DNA from: an uncultured Gammaproteobacteria bacterium
GTDB taxonomy: Bacteria > Pseudomonadota > Gammaproteobacteria > CAWCPV01
Assembly (NCBI GenBank): GCA_963797555.1
Contig: CAWCPV010000003.1
Span: 672,001 to 736,000 of the forward strand
DNA length: 64,000 nucleotides
Reading direction: 5' to 3'
Of the stretch, positions 1 through 10,535 are shown one piece after another. Each line of letters begins with the position of its first letter. Position 1 is the first letter of the stretch. Made by a program: the position numbers and the translations under genes. The notes beneath the pieces were generated by a model that was given only the letters and a program-made list of their open reading frames with translations, searched no databases and had not been told where the DNA came from.

Positions 1-937
1 ACCAGGTCATTGGTGTCGAATTTCCCGGAGGGCAGCCGTTCGATATCGAGGTCGGTCTTGAACTCGCTGTGGCGCTCGGCGCGCTCCAGCCAATGGGCAG
101 GGTCCTCGCCCCGAGGGTTCCACTGGATAATGAAGTCCACCTCCTCTTCGAGGTAGCGCAGCCGGTTCTCCAAGGCGTCGTGGGCGCTGTCCTGGCGCAC
201 CAGCAGCGGCAGTTTGGTCAGGCGCCTGGCCCGCGGCAGGATGCGCTCCCAGACCTAGCCGAATTCCTTCTGACTGTGCTGCTTGCCTTCTCGCAGCTCA
301 CAGCCGACGCACCACCCTTCGGTTCCCACGTAGGTCGCGATCGGCGCATAACCGTCATAGCCGTGGTAGGTGCGCGAGACTCCTTCTTGCTTGGTCCCGG
401 AGTTGTCCATGGGAAAGACATCGATGTCCACCGGCACATGACCGGTCTTGAGCGCACTGACCGGTGCCTTGGCGTTGACCATGAACTCGATATCGGCCTC
501 GTCAATGACCTCCCGCAGGACCGCTGCGTGCTCGTCGAGACGCTGCCTCAGCGTTTCTGGCGAGGGTACCCGCTCCAGCCCCAACGCCTGGCGGAAGAAA
601 TCGTCCTCTCGGACGTTGGAGACCGCTTCGAAGTCACTCTTGCCCAAACACATCAACCCCAGATAGCTCTTGGCTACGTCTTCATGGGAGATGCCGTGGC
701 GTAGCGGGATCGCCTGCTTCAGCGCCTTGCCCAGGCCGCTGAAGCGGTTGACGCAAAGACCGACCAAGGCCAGACCAGAATGGGAGGTGTAAAATTCCTC
801 ATCGGACTGCTCCAAGGTGAACCGCTTCATCGTTCACCTGCCGGGTGAGCTGGAGTGCGGCCCGATTTTAGCTGAACTGCAATGATAAATCAGCAGGTTG
901 CGGCCATCCGCTGAGACGCGAAGTCACGGAATCAGGG
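1..937 (-). mobile_element. IS1380-family element, degenerate; transposase starts at 830 and runs off the window start
   Basis: ORF MKRFTLEQSDEEFYTSHSGLALVG...VDIDVFPMDNSG...LREGKQHSQ; in-frame TAG at 255-257; frame continues (VRQDSAHDA) then jumps to HSEFKTDLDIERLPSGKFDTN, implying an internal deletion; probable left end CCCTGATTCCGTGAC near 937. Confidence 0.85.
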
Positions 938-1757
938 CTATGCTTTGGGGTTGGGCGGCAAGGATTGGCGGTGCAAGACGACATATGGTCCCTTCTGACC
1001 TGTTCAGATTCGCCAATTGATGCCAATGTGTTCAGGCGCGGCGGAGTGAATGTCTTTCCACTTTTCCTGTACCCGTCTGCTATAACGGACTTGTTCGAGG
1101 AAAGCCAATTAGCCACCGCGATGACGCGCCGCCGTCCGAACTTTAGCAGAAGGTTTTGTCGCGGCGTTCTCGACGCGCCTCGGACTGACCTTCGTCCCCG
1201 ACGGCCAGGGCGATCTTGCGAAAACCTTCGGCCCCGAAGACGTGTTCCACTACGCCTACGCGGTGTTCTACTCGCCGATGTACCGCACGCGCTATGCCCA
1301 GTTCCTCAAGAGCGATTTTCCGCGTCTGCCACTTACCACCAACCTTAATCTATTCCGTCGTCTGTGCGCACTAGGGCGGCGGCTTGTCGCGCTGCATCTG
1401 ATGTACGAAGATGCGAAGGAGCGCTCGCGCTACCCGGTGCCCGGCAGCAACGAGGTGCGGAAGGTGAGCTTTGCCACCGATGCCGACCGCCTTGGAGATC
1501 AGAACCCACCCGGTTCCCCCGACATGGGCCGGGTGTATATCAACGCCGAGCAATACTTCGAGGGCGTGCCCGCGCGCGTATGGACCTATCACATCGGCGG
1601 CTATCAGATGTGCCACAAGTGGCTGAAGGATCGCAAAAGCCGGCTGCTTTCGTATGACGACATCAAGACCTACCACCGGATCGTCGCCGCGCTCGCCGAG
1701 ACAATCGAGCTGCAGGAAAAAATCGACGACGCAATTCCCGGCTGGCCCCTGGGATAA
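938..1757 (+). pseudogene. C-terminal fragment of a Type ISP-like restriction-modification enzyme
   Basis: FGPEDVFHYAYAVFYSPMYRTRYAQFLKSDFPRLP...IGGYQMCHKWLKDRK; frameshift near 1150; 5' part cut off at the IS1380 end. Confidence 0.8.
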
Positions 1758-1969
1758 ACACCGCTGGCGCCATCGGCGCTCCGCGGAGCCTTCTTGTGAC
1801 CGTGGACGGCTTGGCGTCTCGGCGCAGGCGGCGCTGGCGGGGGAAGAACTTTCGCGGTCGGTTATCGACCACGAAAACCGCGCGCTTCCCATGGAAGCCA
1901 GGGTCTGACAGAATTTTCACATTAGCGACGACCCATGCAGGCCCCTGAGATCCCGGAGGGTAAAATCAA

Positions 1970-4579
1970 ATGACGCGCCCAATCTCCAGTCACCCCGTGA
2001 CGCGCTGGCTTATCGGTCTCGCGCTGCTCACATTAGCGGTTCCGGCGCGGGTGTCGGCGGCCGACGACCCCTGGCCGCGGGAGATCAAGAGCCCCAAGGG
2101 CACGCGGGTGGTCATCTACCAACCGCAGATCGAGTCGTTCAAGGGCGACACGGTCAAGGCCCGGGCCGCGGTCTCGGTGCGGACGAAGGACATGAAAGCC
2201 CCCGTCTTTGGGGTCGTATGGTTCAACAGCGCCGTGTCGACCGACCGGGACACGCGGGTCGTCACTTTCGAGCAGGTCAAGGTCGACAAGGTCAAGTTTC
2301 CGAACGCCAAGCCGGAGGACGAGAAGAAGCTCGCCGGATTCTTGGAGGCAGAGATCGCCAAGTGGGACCAGCGGACCATGTCGCTGGACCGGCTGCTGGC
2401 CTTGCTCGCCGCGGTGGAGAAGCAAAAGGCCGGGGCCAAATACGGGAACGAGCCGCCCAAGATCCTGTTCAGGACCAAGCCCTCCGTGCTGGTCAACATC
2501 GCCGGCAAGCCCATCCTGCGGGATGTGGAGGGCTCGTCGGTCAAGCGGGTGGTGAATACCCCGTTCGTGCTGCTGATGGACCCCTCGGACAACAAGTACT
2601 ACCTGACGGGGAGCGCGCTCTGGTTCGTCGCGCCGGACGTCCTGGGGCCTTGGCAGCTGCTCGACGCTCCGCCCGCCTCGGTGGCGAGTGTCGCCCAGCG
2701 CATCGCGGAGGCCGAGGTGCCCACGAAGGTCACTCCGGACATTCTCAGGGCCGAGACCGTGCCCGAGATCATCGTCGCCACCGAGCCGACCGAGCTGATC
2801 GTCGCCGATGGCGAGCCCGAGTTCGCGCCCATCCAGGGCACGGACCTGTTGTCCATGACCAATACCGCTCGGGACGTGTTCCAGGTGGTCGGCTCTCAGC
2901 AATACTACGTGCTGCTCTCGGGCCGGTGGTTCGCCGGTCCGTCCCTGGAAAACGGTCCGTGGTCTTACGTGGAGCCCGAGAAGCTGCCCGCGGCCTTCTA
3001 CCGCATCCCCCCGGACTCCGACCAGGGCTATGTGCTCGCCTTCGTGCCGGACACCCCCCAGGCCGAGGAGGCGGTGGCGGACGCCCAGATCCCCGTGACT
3101 GGGGCTATCCCCCGCAACGCAACGACCCAGGTGAGCTACGACGGGGCGCCGAAGTTCGCGGCCATCGATGCCACCGACCTGCAGTACGCCACCAACACCC
3201 AGACCCCGGTCATCAAGGCGCAGGACAAGTACTACGCCGTCGATCAGGCGGTCTGGTACGAGTCCGACAAGCCGGACGGTACCTATCAGGTCGCGAGTTC
3301 GGTCCCGAAAGAAATCTACGACATGCCGCCCAGCAGCCCCGTGTACAGCGTGAAGTACGTGCAGGTGTACGACTCCACCCCGGATACCGTCTACGTCGGC
3401 TACACGCCGGGATACACCGGGACCTACGTCTCGGGCGGCACGGTGGTGTACGGATCGGGCTACGTTCACCCGCCCTATGTCTCGAGTGCGGTGTACTACC
3501 CCGCGCCGGTCACCTATGGCTATGCCCCGGTCTACGATCCCTGGTACGGCGCCTGGAATTTCCTGGCGGGTGCCACCTTCGGTTTCGTGGCGGGCGCGGC
3601 GGCTTCGAACTGGTGGGGCTGCGGCTGCTGCGGCTGGCGCGGCGACATGCACGTCGACATCAACCGTAACGTCAATATCAGCCGCGACTACATGCGAAAC
3701 CTCAACGTCAACAGGTCGGATTTCAGGAACGTCTCCCGGAATCGCAACGACTTCCAGAGCCTGCGCTCCGACCGAAGCCAGTTTCGCAACAACGTGTACA
3801 AGGACCGGGGTAACTGGGGTCGGCAGATCGAGAACAATCGCCGGGCCCAGCTCGACCAGCGTTTCTCCGCCCTGGAGCGAGGCCAGCGGCCGAACGCCGG
3901 CCTCGAACGGCGCGTCGCGGCGCACGAAGGTACAAAGGGCGCAGGGGCGCGTCGGCCGGAAGCGGCTCAGCAAGCTCGGCAAGCTCGCGAAGGGGCGCGC
4001 ACCAAGCCGGCGACCCGCGAGGCTGGCGCTGCTCAGCGCGCGCCGCAGGCCCAGACTCGAGCCGCGGAGCGTGCCGCTGCGAGCGGTAAGGCGGGCGAGG
4101 GTCGTGCAGCCACGCGGGAGGCTGGGCCGGCCGGACGAGCGCCTCAGCGCACCGCAGCGGCGGAGCAGCGCAAGGCGACCCCGCAAGCAACGACGAAACA
4201 GCCCCGCTCCGCGAGTGAGCGAGCCCAGTCTCGAGAAGTGGGAAAAAACAACGTGTTCGCCGGTCGGGACGGCAACGTGTACCGCAGCACCGGGAGCGGT
4301 TGGGAGCAGCGGCAATCCAGCGGCTGGTCCAAGCCGGAGTCCCGTTCCCAGTCGAACTTTTCGCAGAACCGCGCCAGTCTGGATCGCGACCTCGGGGCGC
4401 GTGCCCGCGGTACAGAGCGGACCCAGAGCTTCCAGTCGGCGCGACCCTCCGGCGGTAGTGCCAGCCGTGGGGGCGGCGGGGGTGGCCGCAGCTACGGCGG
4501 GGGCGGTGGCCACGGCGGCGGGGGCCGCGGAGGCGGGGGCCGCGGAGGCGGGGGCCGCGGAGGCGGGTCCAGGCGGTAG
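1970..4579 (+). CDS. Large exported hypothetical protein with signal peptide and Arg/Gly-rich low-complexity tail
   Basis: 869-aa ORF, GGAGG RBS, hydrophobic N-terminus ending in VSA, hydrophobic Gly/Ala segment at about aa 530-550, GGGRG-repeat terminus. Confidence 0.85.
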   Translation: MTRPISSHPVTRWLIGLALLTLAVPARVSAADDPWPREIKSPKGTRVVIYQPQIESFKGDTVKARAAVSVRTKDMKAPVFGVVWFNSAVSTDRDTRVVTFEQVKVDKVKFPNAKPEDEKKLAGFLEAEIAKWDQRTMSLDRLLALLAAVEKQKAGAKYGNEPPKILFRTKPSVLVNIAGKPILRDVEGSSVKRVVNTPFVLLMDPSDNKYYLTGSALWFVAPDVLGPWQLLDAPPASVASVAQRIAEAEVPTKVTPDILRAETVPEIIVATEPTELIVADGEPEFAPIQGTDLLSMTNTARDVFQVVGSQQYYVLLSGRWFAGPSLENGPWSYVEPEKLPAAFYRIPPDSDQGYVLAFVPDTPQAEEAVADAQIPVTGAIPRNATTQVSYDGAPKFAAIDATDLQYATNTQTPVIKAQDKYYAVDQAVWYESDKPDGTYQVASSVPKEIYDMPPSSPVYSVKYVQVYDSTPDTVYVGYTPGYTGTYVSGGTVVYGSGYVHPPYVSSAVYYPAPVTYGYAPVYDPWYGAWNFLAGATFGFVAGAAASNWWGCGCCGWRGDMHVDINRNVNISRDYMRNLNVNRSDFRNVSRNRNDFQSLRSDRSQFRNNVYKDRGNWGRQIENNRRAQLDQRFSALERGQRPNAGLERRVAAHEGTKGAGARRPEAAQQARQAREGARTKPATREAGAAQRAPQAQTRAAERAAASGKAGEGRAATREAGPAGRAPQRTAAAEQRKATPQATTKQPRSASERAQSREVGKNNVFAGRDGNVYRSTGSGWEQRQSSGWSKPESRSQSNFSQNRASLDRDLGARARGTERTQSFQSARPSGGSASRGGGGGGRSYGGGGGHGGGGRGGGGRGGGGRGGGSRR
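4517..4561 (+). repeat. 15-bp tandem repeat x3 (GGCGGGGGCCGCGGA) encoding GGGRG
   Basis: Read directly from the sequence. Confidence 0.9.
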
Positions 4580-4688
4580 GACCCAGGGCGGTGCTCGACC
4601 CCGCCCTTGTCCTCGTGGGTTGCCCGGCGCGATGGGAGCAGCCGCGTCTGGAGCGCCGCGCGTACGGGAAATCACGGGAGGTGAGAAC

Positions 4689-5213
4689 ATGCGAAAGATG
4701 ACGCTGAGTCTGCGCATGGCCCTGCTGGCCGCTGCTGCCGCCGCTGGTTTGCGTTCGAGCGCCACCGTCGCCGACGAGGTCGGCAAAGCGCCTGACGGAT
4801 ACGTGGGAGACGCGGGGGGCACTGCGGTAACCGATAGTTCGGGAGGCTGCGTGCGCACCGGCAGGTGGTCGGAGTCGACCACCCTGCCGTGAGCTGCCGC
4901 CAGTGGCCAAGGCCGAACCCGTTGCCCGACCCCTCGGGCGCTAAAGCGAATCACGCTGTCGGGGAAGACCCTGTTCGACTTCGACCAAGCCACGCTGAAG
5001 CCGGAGGGCTAGGAGGCTCTGGACGAGGCCATCTCCCGCGTCCGCCCGGCGATCGCAGCTAGCGACGTGGAGGATCGCCACATCAGCGTCATCGGTCACA
5101 CCGACAGCACCGGGAGCCCGGCATACAACCAGCGCCTGTCCGAGCGGCGGGCCGAGACCGTCCGAGACTACATGGTGGAGCGGGGAGTAGACCCGCACGT
5201 CATCGACCTCCAG
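4689..5213 (+). pseudogene. OmpA-family protein, disrupted and 3'-truncated
   Basis: Signal peptide, [49 protein letters not shown]; stops at 4890 and 5010. Confidence 0.8.
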
Positions 5214-5258
5214 CACCACGTGGTCCCGGATCAGCTCTGCAACGTTTTTGGCTATCAT
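5203..5258 (-). mobile_element. N-terminal stub of a probable IS-like ORF that truncates the OmpA gene
   Basis: [18 protein letters not shown] resembles the start of a recurrent transposase-like family; overlaps the OmpA break point. Confidence 0.4.
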
Positions 5259-6209
5259 GACTCCTGGGCTCCGAGTGTCACTTCCTTGACCCACAGAGTC
5301 CAATCGCTCAAGCGATCTACGCAGCGCGTACACACTACTACACTCTGCAACACTCGGAGCCGTCCCTCTGTCCTCCCATGCCTCGCCGGCCTGAGGCGAA
5401 GCCTCGTTAGCAGAATGATCCTAGATTCGGCAGTCGAATCAGTAATTTCCCGGCAAGTGGCTGATCGCAGTGGACGTCCTTATGACTCGGGCATCACCCA
5501 AAAGTAACTGCTCCGCAGCTGCTCGAAAGCCTCGGAATGCCGCACCAATACTGGCTTTCAGCGATTCATGGCCTCGGTCAACTGCCGAATTTAGGATGAT
5601 TCCATCTTCTCCATGCATCAGAAGACGTTCATGGTGTACGAGCGCCATTTACACTGGGAAAAGACCGCAAACCGCAAGCACGCTTACCTGATGGGACGAC
5701 CAGTCACCCGTTCTATTCTATCCGGCGGGCTATCTGCGGGGACGCCTGGGAAAAGGTCAGTACAGTTTCGAAGCTGCAGAAGATGCCAGTGGGTTCCCGG
5801 AAAAAATCGGCTGCTGGCGGCGATCCCAAGCCCCAGTCACACTTTTCAGCCGCCGGCCAGCAGATACCGCCCCTCTCCGATTTCTCCGGACACGCAGCAG
5901 GGACGATACCTGAATTCTCGCGGACGAGATCGGCTCCCCCAGCCGAAACCGTCCACGCCTACGGGGCAAGCGAGGAAAAACCCACCGCCTTCCCGAGTCC
6001 CTCCCGGTCTCTAAACGACCCCGTGCTAGAATGCCGTTTCCGGGAGGAGCGTCCGACGGATCTTCCCCCAAGGATCGCACTGCGAAGCGGCGTGAAAGCT
6101 GCTGGCTGAGCGGGCTTCAGGGTAGTTTCGCACATCGTGAAGTACCCATGGAAGTGGTCGGTATCGTCAGGTGAGTACATTGACATGCTGGTAAGTATGT
6201 GGAATAGTA

Positions 6210-7802
6210 GTGGCCATGTACATCAACGTCGTGCCCAATCGCCAATCGCCTCCCGCCGTGCTGTTGCGCGAGTCCTATCGCGAGCAGGGCAAGGTCAAGA
6301 AGCGCACTTTGGCGAATCTGAGCAAACTACCGAGGGAGGTGATCGAGCACATTCGCCAGGCCTTGGCAGGGCAGGCCATGGCGGTCAAGGAAACGATCTG
6401 TGGCGCCATCTATGGGCTGTTATTCGTGCTGAGGGAGCTGGCCCGCCAGGGCGCAATACAGGAGTCTTTGGGGGACTCCCGGATGGCGAAACTGGTGCTG
6501 TTTTTGGTGCTGGCGCGCATTGGGCATCAGGGCTCGCGACTGTCCGCTGTCCGCTGGGCGCTCGATCACGCGGTGCAAGCCGTGCTTGGGCTAAGCGCTT
6601 TCGATGAGAACGCACTCTATGAGGCGTTGGATTGGGCGGCCTCACAGCAGCAGGCCATCGAGGATCGACTGTATCAGGACGCGGTGCGCCGCACGGGCGA
6701 GACGCCGGCTCTGATGTTATACGATGTCAGCTCCTCTTACTTGGAAGGCGAGCAAAATGAGCTCGGGGCCTATGGCTATCACCGCGACGGCAAGAAAGGC
6801 AAGCCGCAAATCGTCATCGGCTTGCTCACCGCCAAAGATGGCGAACCGCTTAGTGTAGAGGTCTTCGAAGGCAATCGCACCGACCCCCAGACGCTCGGCT
6901 CTCAAGTCGAGAAGCTCACCGAGCGCTTCCACGTGAAAGAGGTGGTTCTAGTGGGCAATCGGGGCATGATCAAGGCCCAAGGCAAGGAGCGCCTGAATCA
7001 AGCGCATCTGAAGTACATTACGGCGCTCACCGACCCGCAGATCCGAAAACTCATTAAACAGGACGTCCTTCAGCCCGATCTCTTCGATGAGCATGTGGTG
7101 GAGGTCCATCACCAGGGAAAGCGCTTGGTACTTCGCTGTGATCCGGCCACCCAACGCAAGGAGCGTCATCGCCGCGAGGATAAGCTGCAGCGGTTGAGGG
7201 GGCTCATTGAAGAGCGCAATGGCTTCGTCGCGCAGTCGCCCCGAACCAAGCCCGAGGCGGGATTGAAAAACCTGCAGGGCTGGGCACGTCGCCATAAAAT
7301 CGCCGGGTGGGTCCACTTGACACTGAACGGTAGAACCCTCGAACTGCAAATCGATGCGCAAGCCAAACAGGACGCTGAGTTGTTGGACGGCTGTTATTGT
7401 ATTGAAAGTGATGTGCCGTCGGCTGACCTCACCAAAGACGAGATCCATGATCGCTACAAAGATCTGCAAACCGTGGAGCGCAACTTCAGACGACTCAAGA
7501 CCGGCTTCTTGGAAGTCAGACCCATCTCTGTGCGCAAAGCCCCCAGAACGCGCGGGCATGTCTTTATCGCCATGCTCAGCCTCAAGGTCCTGCGCTTGAT
7601 GGAACAACGACTGCACGCCGCCTTTGGCACTACCCACGACAATGACCAGGCCGAAACCGTCGACAGCGCCTTAACGGCGCTGTCGCGATTGTGTCTACAA
7701 CACTACCCAATCGGTGAGCAGGAGATCGTCGGCCTGCCCCGCCCCGATCCCCGCCAGCAACAAATCCTCTCCGCCCTGCAAGTCACACTCACCGCTCCTT
7801 GA
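6210..7802 (+). mobile_element. IS1634-family transposase (second catalytic Asp appears replaced by Asn)
   Basis: LLRESYREQGKVKKRTLANLS, LYDVSSSY, GYHRDGK, VGNRGMI, VERNFR; no clear pair of terminal IRs found. Confidence 0.9.
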
Positions 7803-7916
7803 TCTCCTTTTGATCTCCTTGTAGCCAGGCAAAACCTCCTGCTGTTTGGCTAAAGTCCTTTGTTCCCAGTCTGTTAGACCCATTCGCCGGCTCTACGCTG
7901 GGGGAAGATCCGTCTG

Positions 7917-8595
7917 ATGACCAACGTCGAAGAGCGCGTGGACCGCCTGGAGGAGGCATTGCAGGCCTTCGTCCGCGATGTAGGCATCGAGTTCAACAAA
8001 GTCTACAACGCCCAAATCAGGGGCGAGATGGAGACTCAGGGCGCTCCGCGAGGAGATGAAGGCATTCAAGGACGGGATGGCAGACTTCAAGGACGAGATG
8101 GGAGACTTCAAGAAGGAGATGGCAGACTTCAAGGAGGAGGCACGGGCCCAGAACCGGGAGATGAATCGCCACTGGGCGGAGATCGCCCACAAGATGGGGA
8201 CCCTGGCCGAGGACATCGTCGCCCCCAACCTCCCCAGACTGGCGAGGGAGTTGTTCGGTTGCGAGGCCGTTGATCTCTTCGCAGTGCGGATGCGGAAGAG
8301 GTGGGACGGCGAGACGAGGGAGTATGACGTGATCGTCGCCTGCGGTGACCATGTGCTGGTCAACGAGACCAAGAGCACCCTGAAGAGCGCGCACGTGGAC
8401 CAGATGGTGGGGGTCCTGGAGGAGTTCCGGGAGGTCTTCCCCGAGTACCGGGACAAGAAGCTCATCGGCATTCTGGCCAGCCTCTACGTGGACGAGGGGG
8501 TGGTGCGCCGTGCCAGCTCCAAGGGCATCCTGGTGATGGGCATGGGCGAGGAGACCCTGGAGGTCCTGAACAAGGAAGCGGCGCGCCCATACTGA
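7917..8595 (+). CDS. Coiled-coil plus PD-(D/E)XK-like protein (DUF3782-like), frameshift near 8035
   Basis: MTNVEERVDRLEEAL, heptad repeats, MGTLAEDIV, REYDVIV, VNETKSTL. Confidence 0.7.
8053..8136 (+). repeat. 21-bp coding tandem repeat x4 (consensus GAGATGGCAGACTTCAAGGAC; EMADFKD)
   Basis: Four adjacent imperfect 21-mers read directly. Confidence 0.9.
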
Positions 8596-8764
8596 GGGCT
8601 GCTCGCGGGTGGGCTGCATCGGGGACTGTCCGCTGCGGGATGCGGGCTGCCGCGAGATCTACCGGAGTCACGAGGTATTCGTCCTGCCTTCCTTCGCCCC
8701 GACGAAGATGGGCTTTGCTGTCACCTTCTCCACATAATTGCGCTACCGCATCAATCTGATTTTA

Positions 8765-9100
8765 GGGCACCTCGAATAATTGGTTTTGGCGCCGGTCGGT
8801 CCCTCTGATCGAGTCACGGATGAGGGAATTGGGGCGAAGCGAGTGGTTTTTGAGGGGTTTTGGGAGGGCTCCCGCTCGCCTTCCGACCGCCGGCCGGAGG
8901 TTCCTGCGGTCCTCAGGCCGGTGCCGGCATCGGACCTTTACCGCCTGAGCTGACCAGGTAGCTCAGCCGGGGCATGTTGTAGACGAGATTCATGAGCCCT
9001 ATCTTGGCCCTCGCACGCACCCCTCCGATGGTTCGCACGAGCTTGCCGCCTTGCTCGTTGTGCTGGGAGCCGAAAACATGCTCGACGCGCACCCGGATGC
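8765..9100 (-). mobile_element. IS5-family 3' remnant
   Basis: IRVRVEHVFGSQ...VRTIG...ARAKIGLMNLVYN ending in TGA at 8913; end TTATTCGAGGTGCCC followed by TAA. Confidence 0.8.
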
Positions 9101-10204
9101 TTGAGCGGCGAAGCGCGTGACCCGGTGGTGCCGCTCAAGTCCGCCTGTGCGGCCCTGGGGCTTGCGCGGGCGACACTTTATCGGCACCGCCGACCGCAGG
9201 TGTCGCAGTCTGTTAGCGGTCCACGGCGTAGTCCACGGCGCCTGAGCGAGGCGCAGCGCCGGGAAGTGCTCGAGGTGCTCCACGAGGAGCGCTTCATCGA
9301 CCAGCCCCCGGCTGAGGTCTACGCCAAGCTTCTGGACGAGGGGCGGTATCTGTGTTCTGTTCGCACCATGCATCGGCTGTTGGCCGAATCCGCAGAGTCG
9401 GGCGAGCGGCGCGCCATGCGCCCCAAAACTCACCATCCCGTGCCGCGCTTGGAGGCAAGCGCCCCCAACCAGGTCTGGACCTGGGACATCACCAAGCTCG
9501 CCACCCTGAGCCGAGGCGTGTTCCTGAATCTCTACGTGGTGCTCGACCTCTACAGCCGCTTCGTGGTGGCTTGGCTGGCGGCCCGCGAGAACAGTGCACT
9601 CGCCAAACAACTGCTGGCAGAAGCCATCCATCGCCATGGCATCGAGCCACGCAGCCTGCGGGTCCACCAGGACCGCGGTGCCCCCATGACCGCACGGGGC
9701 TTTCTCGACCTCCTGGCGGAGCTGAAGGTGGAGCCCTCTCACTCCCGCCCCAGGGTGAGTAACGACAATCCCTTCTCCGAGTCTCAGTTCAAGACCCTCA
9801 AGTACCAGCCGGACTTTCCCGGTCGCTTCCGAGGTCTCGAGCAGGGGCGGGCTTGGTGCACCGAGTTCTTCGACTGGTACAACCACCACCATCAGCATTC
9901 GGGGCTCGCCCTGTTCACGCCGGCTGATGTGTTTCACGGACGGGGCAAGGAGACTCTGGCGGTGCGCCAGGCGGCGCTCGATGCCGCCCACCAGGCACAT
10001 CCCGAGCGCTTCGTGCGGGGGCGCCCAGTCGCAGCCCAGCCCCCCAAGCTGGTCGCCATCAACCCGATAGTCCCCGAGCAGGATCTGCCCACGACCAGTA
10101 CCCTGCTCCTCGAGCAAGCCAACACGCTCGGCCAATGCGAGATGGCGGCAATGACAACTTAGTTTCCAACCACCCGTGTCTCAAAGTTGTTGACACGTTC
10201 CGCA
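9101..10204 (+). mobile_element. IS3-family remnant (OrfB 9101-10162; OrfA missing)
   Basis: PNQVWTWDIT, HQDRG, SNDNPFSESQFKTLK; end TGTCTCAAAGTTGTTGACACGTTCCGCA. Confidence 0.9.
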
Positions 10205-10207
10205 TCC

Positions 10208-10525
10208 TAGTGTGGCGTCTCACAAATAGCTATGCACAGATCTGCTCCACCCGGTTTCGGGCCGCGACGATCTTGCGCAGGATGTCCTCGCCCTTGGCGT
10301 TCCAAACATAGCGCTTGGGGTGGGCGTTACGCTCAGCGAGAAAGGCGATGATAGCCTCGGCGAGCGCCTTGACGGAGCCAAAGCTGCCTTCGGCGAGAAA
10401 ATCGCCCAGATCGCGGAAGAACCGCTCGACCAGATTCATCCAGGACGAAGAGGTGGGGGTGAAGTGCAGGTGCATGCGCGGGTGCTTCGCGAGCCACGCC
10501 TTGACCGCCTGATGCTTGTGGGTGG
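10208..10525 (-). mobile_element. IS630-family transposase C-terminal remnant
   Basis: HKHQAVKAWLAKHPRMHLHFTPTSSSWMNLVERFF. Confidence 0.85.
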
Positions 10526-10535
10526 GGCCTTTGCC

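Noticed and set aside
2033-4993. Long antisense ORFs (986 aa here; also 62488-63993, 40837-42000 and others)
   Set aside because: Shadow ORFs of real genes in high-GC DNA, with no recognisable motifs
5400-6130. Lower-GC stretch with short ORFs and a CCTAGATTC motif resembling an IS end
   Set aside because: No partner IR and no recognisable protein
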